DNA of 39,601 bases from Hymenobacter sp. (GTDB lineage Bacteria; Bacteroidota; Bacteroidia; Cytophagales; Hymenobacteraceae): positions 1-39,601 of the forward strand of contig JANNDE010000145.1 of assembly GCA_031387395.1 (NCBI GenBank), in the 5' to 3' direction. This document shows, one piece after another, positions 1 to 9,120 of the stretch. Each line of letters begins with the position of its first letter. Position 1 is the first letter of the stretch. The notes beneath the pieces were generated by a model. It made no database searches, was not told the DNA's origin, and saw only the letters and a list, made by a program, of their open reading frames with translations. Made by a program: the position numbers and the translations under genes.

Positions 1-768
1 GACATGCTGCTCATCGTGCTGGTGGTGGTGCTGATTGTGCTGGTGGTAACGCTGGTCATTATTGGCAACCTGATGCGCGACGTGCTGCGGGGCCGTAAGG
101 ACCTCGACGGCCGCGATACGGAAGTTTTGGAGCAGCGCTTCGACTGGAACAAGTTCTATCGCTCGCCCGTGTTGCGTGGTGTTGTCGGAACGGTTTTCGC
201 ACTCGTACTCCTCTATGAAGGCGTGCAAAGCGTGATGGCCGTGGGCCTGACCCAGGGCTACCAGCCCACGCAGCCCATTGCTTTCTCACACAAGCTGCAC
301 GCCGGCGAACACCAGATTAACTGCGCCTACTGCCACACGTCGGTGTACAAGAGCAAGTCGGCCAACATTCCTTCGGCCAACATATGTATGAACTGCCACT
401 CGCAGATTAAGACGGAGTCGCCCGAAATCAAGAAGATTTACCGTGCCATCGAGCGCAAGCAGCCCATCCAGTGGGTGCGCATCCACAACCTGCCCGACCT
501 GGCCTACTTCAACCACTCGCAGCACACGCAGGTGGCTGGCCTCCAGTGCCAGACCTGCCACGGCCCCATCCAGAACATGGAAGTGGTGTACCAGTACTCG
601 GCCCTCACCATGGGCTGGTGCATCAACTGCCACCGCGAGATGCCCCTCAACACCAAGGATAACAAGTACTACGACAACCTCGTGAAGCTGCACGACACCA
701 AGAATGGTGGTGCCCCCTTCACCGTATCGTCGAACGGTGGTACCGAGTGCTCGAAGTGCCACTACTAA
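1..768 (+). CDS. actA: Alternative Complex III multiheme cytochrome c subunit ActA (5' truncated by window)
   Basis: Five CxxCH motifs (CAYCH, CMNCH, CQTCH, CINCH, CSKCH), QPIAFSHKLHAG and MGWCINCHR motifs, TM helices. The frame is open from base 1. Lies directly upstream of actB. Confidence 0.92.
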   Translation, partial: DMLLIVLVVVLIVLVVTLVIIGNLMRDVLRGRKDLDGRDTEVLEQRFDWNKFYRSPVLRGVVGTVFALVLLYEGVQSVMAVGLTQGYQPTQPIAFSHKLHAGEHQINCAYCHTSVYKSKSANIPSANICMNCHSQIKTESPEIKKIYRAIERKQPIQWVRIHNLPDLAYFNHSQHTQVAGLQCQTCHGPIQNMEVVYQYSALTMGWCINCHREMPLNTKDNKYYDNLVKLHDTKNGGAPFTVSSNGGTECSKCHY

Positions 769-780
769 GCATATTTTTTT

Positions 781-858
781 AGTAGTCAGTACTGGGTAGT
801 CAGTATTGAGACTACCTGATAGCAAATACTGACTACCCAATACCGACTACTGATTACC
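781..858. repeat. Period-7 tandem repeats forming a 27-bp inverted repeat
   Basis: TAGTCAG-TACTGGG-TAGTCAG-TATTGAG; 781-807 is the reverse complement of 825-851 with 2 mismatches. Confidence 0.85.
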
Positions 859-865
859 AATTCAA

Positions 866-3800
866 ATGAAGTACTGGAAAGGAATTGAGGAACTGGAAAG
901 CGCCCCGGAATTCATGCAATCGGCTTTTGCCGAGTTCATGCCGGTAAAAGAGAGCCACGAGAGCAGCGATGCCACCTCGGCCCCCCGTCGCGATTTCCTC
1001 AAGCTGATGGGCTTTGGCGTTGGCGCGGCGGTGCTGGCCTCGTGCGAAACGCCGGTGAAAAAGGCGATTCCGTACCTGAACAAGCCCGAAGAAATCGACC
1101 CGGCGATTTCGAATTTCTACGCCTCCACCTATTTTACTGGTGCTGACTACAACGCCGTGCTGGTGAAGGCCCGCGACGGTCGGCCGATTAAGCTCGAAGG
1201 CAACCCCGAATCCCCCATCACCAAGGGTGGCCTCTCGGCCCGGGCGCAAGCTGCCGTACTGAGCCTCTACGATGGTGGCCGGTTGCAGCATTTCGCCATC
1301 AAAGGCAAGCAGGCCGATATGAAGCAGGTGGACCGTGAGATTCGTGAGAAGCTCGCCGGTGCTGGCCGCATTGCCATCGTGTCGCACACGATTATCAGCC
1401 CCAGCACGAAGAAGGCTATTGCCGAATTCACCGCGCGCTACCCTGGTACGACGCACGTTATGTATGACGCGCACTCGTCTTCGGCCCTGTTGCAGGCCAA
1501 CGGCGGCGTGGTACCCGGCTACGATTTCAGCAAAGCCAACGTCATCGTGAGCCTCGGTGCCGACTTTCTGGGTACCTGGATTTCGCCGGTGGAATACGCC
1601 AAGCAGTACGTGGTAAACCGCAAGGTGAGCAACGCTAAGCGTACGATGTCGCGCCACATCCAGATTGAAACGGCCCTCTCGCTCTCCGGCTCCAATGCCG
1701 ACGTGCGGATTCCGGTGAAACCGTCGGAAATGGGTGCCGCCGCGCTGGCCATATACAACCACGTTGTAAACGGGGCCGGTGCCGACACTAAAACCGCACT
1801 AGGCAAAGCGGCGGCTGAACTGAAGGCTGCTGGTAGTGCTGGCCTGATTATCTCGGGCTCGAACGACCCGGCCGTGCAGACGCTGGTAACGGCCATCAAC
1901 CAGGCGCTGGGTAACGGCGGTACCACCACCGGTGGTGCTCCTAGCAACCTGCGCCAGGGCGATGACGCCCGCATGACCGCGCTGGTGAACGATATGAACG
2001 CCGGTGCCGTAGGTGCGGTGATTTTCTACAACGCTAACCCGGTTTACAACCACCCGCTGGGTGCAAAGGTGAAGTCGGGCATCGCCAAAGTAGGCCTCAC
2101 CATTTCGCTCAACGACCGCCTCGACGAAACCGGCAGCCTCTGCCAGTACGCCGCGCCCGACAGCCACTGGCTGGAATCGTGGAACGACTTCGAGCCCAAG
2201 CGCGGCTACCTCAGCCTGGGTCAGCCGGTAATTACCCCGTTGTTCGCTACTCGCCAAGCCCAGGAAAGCCTGCTGAAGTGGGCTGGCAATAACACCAGCT
2301 ACTACAAATACCTGCGCGCCAACTGGCGTGGTATCACCCCAACCGACGCCGCCTGGGACAAGGTTGTGCACGATGGGGTAACTATGGACTCGGCCCTGCC
2401 CGCTGCTTCGGCCATGACTGGCATGAGCGCTGCCGCCGCGGCCTCGCAGCTCGGCGCTGGCGCTAAAGCTTCCGGCGTGGAGCTGGCCCTGTACGAAAAA
2501 GGTGGCCTCAGCGCCGCTGGTACCGAAGCCAACAACCCCTTCCTGCAGGAGCTTCCCGATGCCATTTCGAAAGCAACCTGGGGCAACTACGTGGCCGTGC
2601 CGCGCAAGATGGCCATCGAGCAGAAGTGGGAGCAGGGCGACGTGCTCAAAGTAACCGCCAACGGCTACAGCATCGAACTGCCCGTACTTGTCCAGCCCGG
2701 CCAGACCAACGGTACGGTGAGCATCGCCCTCGGCTACGGCCGTACGCTGGCTGGCAAAGCTGGCGACAAAGTAGGTGAAAACGCCACCCCGCTGGCCATG
2801 ACGGCCAACGGCGGCATTCAGTACCAGAACGTGGTGACGCTGGAGAAAACCGGCGCTACCTCGCCCATCGCCCAGACCCAGACGCACCAGACGCTGATGG
2901 ACCGCCGCCCGGTAGTACAGGAAAGCACGCTGGCGATGTATGTAAAAGACCCCAAGAAGGTAACCGAATACGAGAAGGTTTCGACGCCCGACGGTTTGGA
3001 AGCTCCTAACAAGGTGTCGTTGTGGCAGGACTACCAGTATAACAACCACCACTGGGGCATGGCCATCGACCTGAACTCGTGCATTGGCTGCGGCTCGTGC
3101 GTGGTAGGTTGCCAGACCGAAAACAATACCGCCGTAGTAGGCAAGCAGCAGGTTATTAACCGCCGCGAGATGCACTGGATGCGCATCGACCGCTACTACA
3201 GCTCCGACGCGCACAAGAGCGACTTTGACACCAAAGGTAAGGTAGCTACTTACGCCGCCATGGAAGACCCCTCGGAAAACCCGCAGGTTATCTTCCAGCC
3301 GATGATGTGCCAGCAGTGCAACCACGCGCCCTGCGAAACAGTGTGCCCGGTACTGGCTACCACGCACAGCTCGGAAGGTCTCAACCAGATGACCTACAAC
3401 CGTTGCATCGGCACGCGCTACTGCGCCAACAACTGCCCGTACAAAGTGCGTCGCTTCAACTGGTTTTCGTACTACTCAAACGAGAAGTTCGAAGTAGTGA
3501 ACGGCCACATGTTCACCGACCTCGGCCGTATGGTACTGAACCCGGACGTAACGGTTCGTGCTCGTGGTGTGATGGAAAAATGCTCGTTCTGCGTGCAGCG
3601 CATCCAACTCGGCAAGCTCGAAGCCAAGAAGCAGAAGCGTCGCCCCGTGGATGGCGAGATTGTAACCGCCTGCGCTCAGTCGTGCCCCACCGAAGCCATC
3701 GTGTTCGGTGATATGAAAGACCCCAAGAGCCGCATCAGCCAGCTGTTGCGCCGTGAGGATGGGGAGCGCGCTTTCCACTCGCTCGACTCTATCAACGTGC

Positions 3801-3874
3801 AGCCGAACGTGACCTATCTGACGAAGATTCGTAATGCTGAGTCGGAGTTCTTTGCCCCCGAAGTAGAAGCTTAA
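866..3874 (+). CDS. actB: ACIII subunit ActB (molybdopterin-oxidoreductase-like domain fused to Fe-S domain)
   Basis: KYWKGIEEL...PRRDFLKLMGFG twin-arginine signal and LASC lipobox. Fe-S motifs CIGCGSCVVGC, CQQCNHAPC, CIGTRYCANNCPY, CSFC, CAQSCP. Confidence 0.95.
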   Translation: MKYWKGIEELESAPEFMQSAFAEFMPVKESHESSDATSAPRRDFLKLMGFGVGAAVLASCETPVKKAIPYLNKPEEIDPAISNFYASTYFTGADYNAVLVKARDGRPIKLEGNPESPITKGGLSARAQAAVLSLYDGGRLQHFAIKGKQADMKQVDREIREKLAGAGRIAIVSHTIISPSTKKAIAEFTARYPGTTHVMYDAHSSSALLQANGGVVPGYDFSKANVIVSLGADFLGTWISPVEYAKQYVVNRKVSNAKRTMSRHIQIETALSLSGSNADVRIPVKPSEMGAAALAIYNHVVNGAGADTKTALGKAAAELKAAGSAGLIISGSNDPAVQTLVTAINQALGNGGTTTGGAPSNLRQGDDARMTALVNDMNAGAVGAVIFYNANPVYNHPLGAKVKSGIAKVGLTISLNDRLDETGSLCQYAAPDSHWLESWNDFEPKRGYLSLGQPVITPLFATRQAQESLLKWAGNNTSYYKYLRANWRGITPTDAAWDKVVHDGVTMDSALPAASAMTGMSAAAAASQLGAGAKASGVELALYEKGGLSAAGTEANNPFLQELPDAISKATWGNYVAVPRKMAIEQKWEQGDVLKVTANGYSIELPVLVQPGQTNGTVSIALGYGRTLAGKAGDKVGENATPLAMTANGGIQYQNVVTLEKTGATSPIAQTQTHQTLMDRRPVVQESTLAMYVKDPKKVTEYEKVSTPDGLEAPNKVSLWQDYQYNNHHWGMAIDLNSCIGCGSCVVGCQTENNTAVVGKQQVINRREMHWMRIDRYYSSDAHKSDFDTKGKVATYAAMEDPSENPQVIFQPMMCQQCNHAPCETVCPVLATTHSSEGLNQMTYNRCIGTRYCANNCPYKVRRFNWFSYYSNEKFEVVNGHMFTDLGRMVLNPDVTVRARGVMEKCSFCVQRIQLGKLEAKKQKRRPVDGEIVTACAQSCPTEAIVFGDMKDPKSRISQLLRREDGERAFHSLDSINVQPNVTYLTKIRNAESEFFAPEVEA

Positions 3875-3891
3875 GCCTAAATTATTCTCAT

Positions 3892-5346
3892 ATGCAGCAC
3901 GTATCAGCCATACGCGAACCGCTCGTAACCGGCGGTAAGACGTTACACGACGTCACGCAAGACATCTGCTACCAGGTCGAAGCCAAACCCAACCTGCGTT
4001 GGATGGCTGCCTTGAGCGTAGCGCTGTTTTTTCTAGGCATTTTCTTCTACTCAGTTTACCGCACCGTTTGGTACGGTATCGGCGAGTGGGGCCTGAACAA
4101 GACTGTTAACTGGGCCTGGGACATTACTAACTTCGTGTGGTGGGTAGGTATTGGCCACGCTGGTACCCTGATTTCGGCGGTACTGCTGCTGTTCCGTCAG
4201 AAGTGGCGGAGTTCCATCAACCGCGCGGCCGAAGCCATGACCATCTTCGCCGTAATCTGCGCCGCCATGTTCCCGGTGTTGCACATGGGCCGTCCGTGGT
4301 TGGCATTCTACGTTTTCCCGTTCCAGAACACGCTGGGTTCGCTTTGGGCTAACTTCAACTCGCCCCTGCTGTGGGACGTGTTCGCCATCTCGACCTACTT
4401 CACCGTGTCGCTGGTGTTCTGGTACATTGGTCTGATTCCCGACTTCGCCTCGATTCGTGACCGCGCTAAGGGCCCTATTGCCAAGTTTAGCTACTCCATG
4501 CTGAGCTTCGGCTGGAAGGGTTCGGCCAAAGCTTGGTCGCGCTACGAAACGGTTTCGCTGATTCTGGCCGGTGTTTCGACCCCGCTGGTACTCTCGGTAC
4601 ACACTATCGTATCGATGGACTTTGCTACCTCGGTGGTACCGGGCTGGCACACGACCATCTTCCCGCCCTACTTCGTGGCCGGTGCTATCTTCTCAGGTTT
4701 CGCCATGGTGCTGACCCTGATGCTGATTACCCGCGTGGTGTTCCGCCTCGAAGATTACATCACGTTGGAACACATCGCGCTGATGAACAAAATCATGATG
4801 GTAACCGGCTCCATCGTGGGTGTGGCTTATATCACGGAGTTCTTTATCGCCTGGTATTCGCAGGTTGAATTTGAGCAGTACGCTTTCATCAACCGCGCTA
4901 CCGGCCCGTACTGGTGGGCATACGCCTCGATGATGACCTGCAACGTGATTACGCCGCAGTTGGTGTGGTTCCGCCGCGTGCGCTACAGCATTCCGCTTAC
5001 GTTCATCTTGTCCATCATCGTGAACATCGGCATGTGGTTCGAGCGCTTCGTAATCATCGTGACCTCGCTGCACCGCGACTACCTGCCGTCGAGCTGGGCC
5101 ATGTTCTCGCCTTCGATTATCGACATCGGCCTATATGTGGGTACCCTCGGCCTGTTCTTCACGCTGTTCCTGCTCTTCGCCAAATTCTTCCCTGTAATTA
5201 ACATGGCCGAAGTAAAGACCATCCTGAAGTACACCGTCGACAACGGTCCGACTTACAACCCCAACAAAGCGCACCACGCGCCCGCTCAAACCGTCACCCC
5301 CGGTGTCCCTGCCTCGGCTCCCGTAAACTACAATCAGCATGACTAA
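3892..5346 (+). CDS. actC: ACIII subunit ActC (NrfD/PsrC family quinol-binding membrane subunit)
   Basis: WAWDITNFVWWVGIGHAGTLISA, HMGRPW, NFNSPLLWDVFAISTY motifs; many TM helices. Confidence 0.95.
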   Translation: MQHVSAIREPLVTGGKTLHDVTQDICYQVEAKPNLRWMAALSVALFFLGIFFYSVYRTVWYGIGEWGLNKTVNWAWDITNFVWWVGIGHAGTLISAVLLLFRQKWRSSINRAAEAMTIFAVICAAMFPVLHMGRPWLAFYVFPFQNTLGSLWANFNSPLLWDVFAISTYFTVSLVFWYIGLIPDFASIRDRAKGPIAKFSYSMLSFGWKGSAKAWSRYETVSLILAGVSTPLVLSVHTIVSMDFATSVVPGWHTTIFPPYFVAGAIFSGFAMVLTLMLITRVVFRLEDYITLEHIALMNKIMMVTGSIVGVAYITEFFIAWYSQVEFEQYAFINRATGPYWWAYASMMTCNVITPQLVWFRRVRYSIPLTFILSIIVNIGMWFERFVIIVTSLHRDYLPSSWAMFSPSIIDIGLYVGTLGLFFTLFLLFAKFFPVINMAEVKTILKYTVDNGPTYNPNKAHHAPAQTVTPGVPASAPVNYNQHD

Positions 5347-5863
5347 GCAATTCGCCCTCGGCATCTTCGAAGACGAAGACGTGCTGCTGCACGCCGTGGA
5401 AAACGTGCGCGCCGCCGGCGTAAAAATCTACGACGTATTCTCGCCTTACCCGGTTCATGGTATTGATGATGCCCTCGGCATCGAGCGTTCGCGCTTGCCC
5501 ATCGCCGCCTTTTTCTTCGGTATGACGGGCCTGGCCTTCGCGCTGTGGATGCAGATTTACATGCTGGGTTTCGACTGGCCGATGATTATCGGGGGCAAGC
5601 CCCACATCGGTCTGCCCGCCTTTGTGCCGGTAGCATTCGAGCTCACCGTGTTCTTCACCTGCCACGGCATGGCCATCACGTTCTTCACCATCACGGGTCT
5701 GTACCCACGCTTCAAAGTGCCGGTGATGGACGTACGCGCCACCGACGACAAGTTCGTAATGGCCATCGAACTGGATGAAACCAGCTCGCAGTTTCCCCGG
5801 CTGACTCAGTTGCTCCGCGAAAATGGTGCTTCGGAAGTCAACCAAAAAGAAATGACTAACTAG
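5339..5863 (+). CDS. actD: ACIII subunit ActD (DUF3341)
   Basis: DVFSPYPVHGID, DWPMIIGGKP, FVPVAFELTV motifs; 8-bp overlap with actC. Confidence 0.92.
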   Translation: MTKQFALGIFEDEDVLLHAVENVRAAGVKIYDVFSPYPVHGIDDALGIERSRLPIAAFFFGMTGLAFALWMQIYMLGFDWPMIIGGKPHIGLPAFVPVAFELTVFFTCHGMAITFFTITGLYPRFKVPVMDVRATDDKFVMAIELDETSSQFPRLTQLLRENGASEVNQKEMTN

Positions 5864-5865
5864 TA

Positions 5866-6612
5866 ATGACGCATCCGCTGACCCTGAGCCTGCGCGTTTC
5901 GGCGCTGCTGCTTTCCCTGGGACTGGCCACTACGGCCTGCACCCACGACGGAAACGACCCCGGTGTGGAGTACGCCCCGGAGATGTACGAGTCCATCCCG
6001 TACGACCCCCTGAGCCAGACTCACTTTAACCCGGTCAATTCGTTTGGTATCAATGAGCGCACGCCGGCCAACGGTACCGTGCCCCGTGGCAAGCTCAACT
6101 ATTTCGACCATATTCCGAAGGATAGCGTCCGAATCGCCGAACGTGTGCTCCGTAATCCCTACGCTTACACGAAGGCGAATCTGGAAGAAGGCAAAGTGCT
6201 GTACACGCGCATTTGCTCGCACTGCCATGGCGAGCAAGGTAATGGCCAGGGCCCGGTGGGCCTGAAGTTCAAGGGCGTACCGAACTACGCGGCCGAATCC
6301 TACAAAACGATGAACGATGGCCACATCTACCACGTCATCCAGTGGGGCCGCAACCGTATGATGCCCCACGGTTCCATTGTAAACCCAGAGGAGCGCTGGA
6401 AAATTGCCATGTATGTGCGCGTCCTCCAGCGTGGCGAAGGGCCCGATGCGCTAAGCAAACTGGTGGCCAAAGGCCCAACCAGCACGGCAAACGACTCAAC
6501 CGAAATGACTGACCGCACCAACCAGGCCCCCGTGGGCAAGGCTCAAGCATCTAATGGTTCCGAAACCCCAGGCCAGGGCGGAACCAAAGCAACTAACGGC
6601 ACCGCTAACTAA
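5866..6612 (+). CDS. actE: ACIII monoheme cytochrome c lipoprotein ActE
   Basis: Hydrophobic signal ending in Cys (ATTAC), EYAPEMY motif, single CSHCH, distal Met in GRNRMMPHG. Confidence 0.9.
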   Translation: MTHPLTLSLRVSALLLSLGLATTACTHDGNDPGVEYAPEMYESIPYDPLSQTHFNPVNSFGINERTPANGTVPRGKLNYFDHIPKDSVRIAERVLRNPYAYTKANLEEGKVLYTRICSHCHGEQGNGQGPVGLKFKGVPNYAAESYKTMNDGHIYHVIQWGRNRMMPHGSIVNPEERWKIAMYVRVLQRGEGPDALSKLVAKGPTSTANDSTEMTDRTNQAPVGKAQASNGSETPGQGGTKATNGTAN

Positions 6613-6618
6613 CGCACT

Positions 6619-7929
6619 ATGGCAACTATGACGCACCAAGAAAGCGCCACGGCTGAACAGCTCGTCGTTACGGATGGCGCCCGTAAAACTTTTTTCGCGA
6701 TTATCGCCGCTGGCGTATTGCTGCTCATCGTGGGTATTCTGGCCCAGGTGATGGGTTGGGGCGCTGCCGAGCACGGCGAAGCCGCCGGGCACGCGGCCGC
6801 CGCCCACGGCGCGGCGCATGAAGAAGGACACTCCGTCCTGATTAAGCGCCTGGTAGTGAGCCTCTGGCACAGCAACTTGTTTTTCCTCGGCGTTTCCACG
6901 GTTGGTACTGTGTTCATGGCTATCAACTACGTGGCCTATGCAGGCTGGTCGGTAATGGTGAAGCGCATTGCCGAAGCTCTCAGCGCTTGGGTAATCCCGG
7001 GCGGGGTAATCATGCTGATTGTGTTCCTCGTGGGCCGGCAGGATATTTTCCATTGGACGCACGACGGCATCATGGACCCCAAGTCGGAGCACTTCGATGC
7101 CATTATTAAAGGCAAAGAAGGCTTCCTCAACCTGCCGTTCTATGTAATTCGTATGGTAAGCTACCTCGTTATCTGGGGCGTATTCAGCTGGAAACTACGT
7201 CAGTTGTCGCTGGCCGAAGACCTTAACGGTGGTACTTACTGGTTCCATAAGAGCATCACTGCTTCGGCCTTGTTTCTGGTGCTGTATGCCGTAACCTCTT
7301 CGATGTCGGCTTGGGACTGGGTGATGTCGGTTGACCCGCACTGGTTCAGCACCATGTTTGGCTGGTACGTATTTGCCTCATGGTGGGTATCGGGCATCGC
7401 GGCCATTGCCCTCACGGCTATTTTTCTGAAACAAAAAGGCTATCTGCGGGCTTTGAATTCCAGCCACATCCACGACCTCGGCAAGCTGATGTTCGGCTTC
7501 AGCATTTTCTGGACTTATGTGTGGTTTGCGCAGTTCATGCTGATTTGGTATGCCAACCTTCCTGAGGAAGCGGTGTACTTTAATCAACGCCTCGGCGGGT
7601 TTGAAGGTCGCTACACCTTTATGTTCTTTTTCAACATCGCCATCAACTTCGTCTTCCCCTTCCTGGGCCTGATGACGCGTGATGCCAAGCGCCAGATGAT
7701 TATCATGAAAATCGTGGCCATCGCTATTCTCTGCGGTCACTGGTCCGACTTCTATCTGATGCTCATGCCCGCAACTTTGCGCGGCGAAAACGGGTTCTTG
7801 ATTGAGATTGGTATCGCGGCTATTTTCCTCGGCGCTTTCCTGATTCTGTTCACTCGCCGTCTCGCTTCGGCATCGCTGGTGCCTGTGAACCATCCCTTCT
7901 TCGAAGAGAGCCTGCACCATACTACTTAA
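6619..7929 (+). CDS. actF: ACIII membrane subunit ActF
   Basis: WDWVMSVDPHWFSTMFG, HDLGKLMFGFSIFWTY, WYANLPEE motifs; polytopic. Confidence 0.92.
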   Translation: MATMTHQESATAEQLVVTDGARKTFFAIIAAGVLLLIVGILAQVMGWGAAEHGEAAGHAAAAHGAAHEEGHSVLIKRLVVSLWHSNLFFLGVSTVGTVFMAINYVAYAGWSVMVKRIAEALSAWVIPGGVIMLIVFLVGRQDIFHWTHDGIMDPKSEHFDAIIKGKEGFLNLPFYVIRMVSYLVIWGVFSWKLRQLSLAEDLNGGTYWFHKSITASALFLVLYAVTSSMSAWDWVMSVDPHWFSTMFGWYVFASWWVSGIAAIALTAIFLKQKGYLRALNSSHIHDLGKLMFGFSIFWTYVWFAQFMLIWYANLPEEAVYFNQRLGGFEGRYTFMFFFNIAINFVFPFLGLMTRDAKRQMIIMKIVAIAILCGHWSDFYLMLMPATLRGENGFLIEIGIAAIFLGAFLILFTRRLASASLVPVNHPFFEESLHHTT

Positions 7930-7939
7930 GGTATAGCTT

Positions 7940-8027
7940 TTAGTAGGCGGTATTAAGCAGCCAGGCTGATTCAAGTCACTCAACAATGCTTAATACCTAA
8001 TAATCAGTACTTACTACTAACAATTCA
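7940..8027. repeat. Hairpin with period-7 repeats between actF and coxB
   Basis: GGTATTAAGCA (7949-7959) pairs with TGCTTAATACC (7987-7997). Heptamers TGCTTAA-TACCTAA-TAATCAG-TACTTAC-TACTAAC. Confidence 0.65.
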
Positions 8028-9098
8028 ATGACTGCTTTAACCATTTTACTGGTGCTGGTGCTGCTGTTGGTCGTGTTCGGCCTGCTGTTTCGCTTGCAGA
8101 TATTCACCTCAATTTTCTCGGGTTCGTTTACCCGCGATATTGGTGTGAGCAATAGTGTAAACGCGCTCCTGTTCATCGTATTCATGGTGGTTGGTGGGGC
8201 CTGGTTCGCTTATTCCTTCGTTGAAAACTTCAACAAGATGAACCCGCCTATCGCCTCAGTGCATGGCCATAAGATGGAAACCATGTTCTGGACTACGATG
8301 GCTGTTATTGGGGTGGCTTTTGTCATCACTCAGGCGTTGTTGTTCTGGTACTCTTACCGTTATCAGCACAAGGAAGGCCGTCGGGCCTACTTCTTTGCCC
8401 ATAATAACAAGATTGAGGTTATCTGGACCATCATCCCGGCCATTGTAATGGCTTCATTGATTTTCGCTGGTTGGAAGGCCTGGACGCGTATCACTGGTCC
8501 CGCGCCGAAGAATTCAGTAGTAGTGGAGCTGATGGGCAAGCAGTTCAACTGGCTGGTGCGTTATCCTGGCCGCGACATGAAACTGGGTGTGATTAACTAC
8601 CGCATGATTGATGCCGTGAACGAGTGGGGCTTCGACCTGAGCGATAAGTCGGCTCTTGATGACTTCACCACTAACGAAATTCACATACCCAAAGGGGTGC
8701 CAGTGTTGATTAAGATTCGTTCGCGCGATGTGCTGCACGCTGTGTACATGCCACATTTCCGTGTGCAGATGTACGCAGTACCAGGCATGCCGACCCGCTT
8801 CTGGTTCACGCCGACTACCACGACTGATGAGATGCGCGCCAAGCTTGGCAACCCCAAATTCAATTACGAGCTGGCCTGCAACCAGCTATGTGGTGGTAGC
8901 CACTACGCCATGAAAGCCACGGTGATTGTTGATGAGCCGGATGATTACCAGAACTGGTATGCGGCACAACAATCTTTTTCGCAAAAGAACCCGGAAGTGA
9001 TGGCTGCTTTCAAACAGAAAGCTAAAACGATGGTTACTCCCGTAGCTAATGCGCCCGAAGTGGAGGCTGCTCCCATGCCTCTTGCTGCTTCGAACTAA
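8028..9098 (+). CDS. coxB: Cytochrome c oxidase subunit II (CuA)
   Basis: IEVIWTIIP, GKQFNW, SRDVLH and CNQLCGGSHYAM CuA motif. Confidence 0.95.
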   Translation: MTALTILLVLVLLLVVFGLLFRLQIFTSIFSGSFTRDIGVSNSVNALLFIVFMVVGGAWFAYSFVENFNKMNPPIASVHGHKMETMFWTTMAVIGVAFVITQALLFWYSYRYQHKEGRRAYFFAHNNKIEVIWTIIPAIVMASLIFAGWKAWTRITGPAPKNSVVVELMGKQFNWLVRYPGRDMKLGVINYRMIDAVNEWGFDLSDKSALDDFTTNEIHIPKGVPVLIKIRSRDVLHAVYMPHFRVQMYAVPGMPTRFWFTPTTTTDEMRAKLGNPKFNYELACNQLCGGSHYAMKATVIVDEPDDYQNWYAAQQSFSQKNPEVMAAFKQKAKTMVTPVANAPEVEAAPMPLAASN

Positions 9099-9120
9099 TT
9101 AATAAAAACGGTACTCCGCT

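Noticed and set aside
781-858. Heptamer arrays as CRISPR repeats
   Set aside because: No 23-47 bp repeats with unique spacers and no cas genes.
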